Below, piece after piece: positions 60,627 through 64,000 of a DNA stretch of 64,000 nucleotides. Made by a program: the position numbers and the translations under genes. Source of the stretch: a virus; IMG/VR virus record IMGVR_UViG_3300009709_000021, positions 1 through 64,000 of that record; one strand, given 5' to 3'. The notes under the pieces were generated by a model. It worked only from the letters and a program-made list of their open reading frames with translations. It did no database searches and was not told where the DNA came from. Positions within the stretch are counted from its first letter, which is position 1. Every line of letters begins with the position of its first letter.

Positions 60627-63446
60627 TCAATGGGTCATCTCAAATAAAATTGAACCTTGGGGAGGAGAACTAGTGTTATCCGCACTAAATGCAATGTTGA
60701 ATCCATGCCAATACTGCATTAATGTTAGTTTTGTCAAACTGTCTGCACCTACGCTTCCGTACGTTCCACTGAAATCTACAACTCGAACTCCGGTTGTTGT
60801 CAAGTCTATTACTTGTGAAGGCGGGGCAGGATTAATACTTCCTTTTACTTCTCCAGTAGGACGACTGATCGTCATAGTTCCTGTACCTGCTGAAGAAACT
60901 TCAACAATGATTTTTGTCAAGTTACCTAGTATAAGTCCTTGGTAAGCGCCTGTGCCAGTGAAATCACGTAGAAACACAAAAGGAACTCTAACAGTATTAT
61001 TTGTACGAGTTGGACTCTCTAAATAGTATTGGTCTGCAATAACGCCGTTATAAATATCCAAAGAACCTGCCGCTACCGCTCCCGTTGGAGTGGCATTATA
61101 TTGAACTTGGCTGCCCTTAATAACAGGGTTCCTTACACTAATAGAGCGGACAATATTAGCGGTAAAAACTTCGCCTACTTGTGGAATACCTGATGTACCA
61201 GAAATTGGTAATCCAGAATTTGACCATTGTCCAGCAATAACGGTATTGCCGGTGCCAGAGTCATAATAGATATCAGAAATACGGATCTGGGTCGCCGTCG
61301 TTGTACTAACAAGAACCGCTCCAGAGTCTAACCCGCGTATAGTGGTATCATTTAATCCAGCATTTGTTAGAGCAACTTCAATTGTATTGGCAGCTTGATT
61401 AGCGCTTAATACAGTAACTGATTGCTGTCCTCCACCAATCATAAAAGCAATTGCTCGACTCACTTGAACAACACTAGTACTATCTGGTTGGGTAGTCCAA
61501 GCAGCAGTCAAAGTTCCCGTTCGAGTAGATCCTACATAACTACCAGTGGTAGTACTGATTTGACGATATTGACCTACTCCAGTCCCGGAATAAATATATA
61601 CAGAGTACCCGCACAAAGCGTTATTAACGGTACTTGCATTTGTAGGCAAAATAATTTGCGATGTTGTCGCCCCCGTTTGTGCTGGACATTGGCCAATAAT
61701 TTCATTGGGATCAATTACGTCAATCAATGGATCATTAATAGAAATACTATCCATCGGCGTTGAAGCACCAAATTCAATAAACGATGAAATTCGAGGAAAT
61801 GTTGTCACGTCTCCGCATTGGAATTTGCAATTATCCGCTTGGAATCGGCGTGGGCCTAAATTAGGAATTGGAGTTACAATTTTACAATTTTTCAAATAAA
61901 TAAAATTTGTGCCGGGCCCATTATTAATATCACCAATTTCACAATTTTCAAAAACAACGGTATCAAGATTTTTATCAACTTCAACAAAATTTATATAACT
62001 GTTATAAACTTTAACAGTTTGGCATGTTGTAGGATCAAAAATACCTTCTACTCGACAGTTACTAATTGTTACGTTTAAGCAACCATTAGTTCCCAAATAA
62101 CCCTGCAGTGATTGCAAAGGATCTGTAGCGTAATAGGTGCTTGGACCAAAAATAATATTCTCTAACTTTAGGTCTTCAGTTATATTAAAGTACGGCCTAT
62201 TAAGTGGTAAAATACGAGCCGCTCCAACAGCACTTGCCGGAGAATTATTTTGGATATCCAACCAATCTTGACGATACTTGTTGAGTAAAGGTTTTTCAAG
62301 AGTAAGAACTCCGGTACTAGTGTTAACCGCAGTAACCCGAATATACTCAAAATATCTACACGCTGATGGGTAACCAGAAGATCCTTGGTTATATCCATAA
62401 ATAAAGGCATAACCACCTACCGTAAAATTAGATGCGTTAGCAGTAGTTAAAAGAGTAACTGAAGTTGAAAATTTAGGTACCGTTGCGATAGTATACCCTG
62501 GATTAAATACGCCATTTTGTAAACCAATTGTAGAATTATCATAAAAAATATCAAAATTGGTTATACTTGTAAAATCTTCGTTAGTATTACCGCTAGTATT
62601 TATGTTTATAAATTGAGTAGCAGGGCCGCCAACCCAGCGAGAGTTACGAATACCCTGCATAAAATACGGGTTTTGGTAAGATATGATTCCGTTCGGCAAA
62701 AATATTTCGTATTCTTGATTAGGATTATTTCTGGCATATGAATTAAATGCCATTAATGCCGAGGTATTGTCAATAGAAGGGTTATTGACTAATCCAAACC
62801 AAGCAAGATTAATAGGATTTGTAATGACTCTAAGCCAACGACCCGCAGAACTAGCATAGGAATAACTAGCAGTAATTGCTACTCCGCTAGCGGGGGCAGT
62901 TGAGAATGTGATTGTCCATGCTCCAGTAGCATAGTTAATATTCCCGGATATACCGCCTGAGCCTTGCATGGGACCCGCACCACCGATATTCCCCGAGTCA
63001 GAAGCTGACTGGCTACTGGCAGCAATTGAAAAAGTTTTTGGAATTACCGAAGTATGAGCCAACGTACCCGAAAAAGTTGTCGTAGAACCGTCTCCGGTTC
63101 CGATGGATGCGGAGCTAACAGTCGAGACATTAGCGGTAGGAACAAATGTCATACCGAAGTCATGAGTAGCTGTGCTTGCAGAATTCCATATGAAAAGGCC
63201 ACCACCTCCATCCCCAGATGTTGTGTAATTAGCAACCAAAATTTGTTGGTTGTTTGTAACACTATTTGTAGCTATTGCTCTCATCGCTGAGATATTGGTA
63301 ACTTGAACAATAGTGGTCGAACTGGTCAAAGAATTCAATATCGCGCCAACACTTTGCCCGTTCCAACCAATAAGACTAGCACCGGCTGAAGAGTTATTTT
63401 GCTGGTCAGCGCCATCAAGTGGCAGTAAATCAAAGAGTGAGGTCAT
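60627..63446 (-). CDS. Tailspike / tail fiber protein
   Basis: GASLIG, DGGGG domain with inserted GTGDGSTTTF module, WFG, beta-helix-like region. Confidence 0.8.
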   Translation of the reverse strand: MTSLFDLLPLDGADQQNNSSAGASLIGWNGQSVGAILNSLTSSTTIVQVTNISAMRAIATNSVTNNQQILVANYTTSGDGGGGLFIWNSASTATHDFGMTFVPTANVSTVSSASIGTGDGSTTTFSGTLAHTSVIPKTFSIAASSQSASDSGNIGGAGPMQGSGGISGNINYATGAWTITFSTAPASGVAITASYSYASSAGRWLRVITNPINLAWFGLVNNPSIDNTSALMAFNSYARNNPNQEYEIFLPNGIISYQNPYFMQGIRNSRWVGGPATQFININTSGNTNEDFTSITNFDIFYDNSTIGLQNGVFNPGYTIATVPKFSTSVTLLTTANASNFTVGGYAFIYGYNQGSSGYPSACRYFEYIRVTAVNTSTGVLTLEKPLLNKYRQDWLDIQNNSPASAVGAARILPLNRPYFNITEDLKLENIIFGPSTYYATDPLQSLQGYLGTNGCLNVTISNCRVEGIFDPTTCQTVKVYNSYINFVEVDKNLDTVVFENCEIGDINNGPGTNFIYLKNCKIVTPIPNLGPRRFQADNCKFQCGDVTTFPRISSFIEFGASTPMDSISINDPLIDVIDPNEIIGQCPAQTGATTSQIILPTNASTVNNALCGYSVYIYSGTGVGQYRQISTTTGSYVGSTRTGTLTAAWTTQPDSTSVVQVSRAIAFMIGGGQQSVTVLSANQAANTIEVALTNAGLNDTTIRGLDSGAVLVSTTTATQIRISDIYYDSGTGNTVIAGQWSNSGLPISGTSGIPQVGEVFTANIVRSISVRNPVIKGSQVQYNATPTGAVAAGSLDIYNGVIADQYYLESPTRTNNTVRVPFVFLRDFTGTGAYQGLILGNLTKIIVEVSSAGTGTMTISRPTGEVKGSINPAPPSQVIDLTTTGVRVVDFSGTYGSVGADSLTKLTLMQYWHGFNIAFSADNTSSPPQGSILFEMTH

Positions 63447-63480
63447 AGGTAGAGAGTAGCTGTCTATGCTAGTTTAAACG

Positions 63481-63507
63481 AAAAAGCCCGGTTTTAGCCG
63501 GGCTTTC
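63481..63507 (-). terminator. Intrinsic terminator
   Basis: AAAAAGCCCGG/CCGGGCTTT. Confidence 0.75.
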
Positions 63508-63526
63508 TTATAGCTTAATAGAGAAC

Positions 63527-64000
63527 TTAAGCGAGTTGTTCAACTACAACTGAAACTGAATAGGCGGGAGATCCAGCAGCACTTGCAACAGTTGTCGAGT
63601 AATCAACAACTTGGCCAGCAGCCGAATAGAACGTAACGACTTGAGAAAGTTCCGTACCCAAAGTAGCGAGACTACAAGTTGCGGTCGTTTGCGTGTTAGC
63701 AGCCGAACCGTTATTACTGATGATTGATGCATCAACCGTGCCGGCGGAGCCAGCCGCTGTGGTAATCAAAGTTACTGTTGCACGGTACGTACCAGCCACA
63801 GGTGCAGTGAACAGAGGCGTCGATGCGACAGAAGCCGTTTGAGCAGTCAAAGATGCGCTGCCAGCCAGAGTCGAACCGGCTGAGCTACCTGCCATAACAT
63901 TCCAATTATGGCCATCGCTAAAAAGAACAGCTTGACTATATTTAGAACCTAAAACCAGAGTTGCAACACCATCAATAGTTTGTGAACTAACAGTGTTAAT
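63527..64000 (-). CDS. Virion/fiber protein, 5'-truncated by window edge
   Basis: Frame stays open to 64000: INTVSSQTIDGVATLVLGSKYSQAVLFSDGHNWNVMAGSS... Confidence 0.7.
   Translation of the reverse strand: MNTVSSQTIDGVATLVLGSKYSQAVLFSDGHNWNVMAGSSAGSTLAGSASLTAQTASVASTPLFTAPVAGTYRATVTLITTAAGSAGTVDASIISNNGSAANTQTTATCSLATLGTELSQVVTFYSAAGQVVDYSTTVASAAGSPAYSVSVVVEQLA

Overview
This is a 64-kb segment of a large, AT-rich lytic tailed phage (jumbo-like myovirus). The host is probably a GC-rich Gram-negative proteobacterium, judging by spanins, a GH19 endolysin, U34-biased tRNAs and a GC3-rich prkA-yeaH-spoVR operon. The + strand (1-49.4 kb) carries a split family-A DNA polymerase with an N-terminal UDG-like domain, NadM-Nudix plus NAMPT, nrdAB, RuvC-like resolvase, GroES, a GGQ release-factor-like protein, Pth2, YqeY, a Ro60/TROVE protein, PrkA/YeaH/SpoVR, a nucleotidase, DHH phosphoesterase, dimeric dUTPase, 7 tRNAs and two tandem arrays of small paralogous genes. 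Three free-standing HNH genes lie on the - strand within this region. The - strand (45.8-46.7 kb and 49.5-64 kb) carries PAAR, a lysis cassette and several tailspike/fiber genes. The most striking content is non-coding. (1) Seven Y-RNA-like (YrlA-type) genes with covarying stems sit directly upstream of Ro60, several with permuted tRNA modules and anticodon-like loops. (2) A ~1.2-kb array (16.8-18.0 kb) of an RNA family I cannot assign has the scaffold AAAUCC-stem...stem-GGUUGACC-hairpin(GAAUAGU loop). (3) Further closed structured elements lie at ~0.2, 7.0, 26.6 and 41.4-41.9 kb. All calls come from reading the sequence; no searches or folding programs were run.
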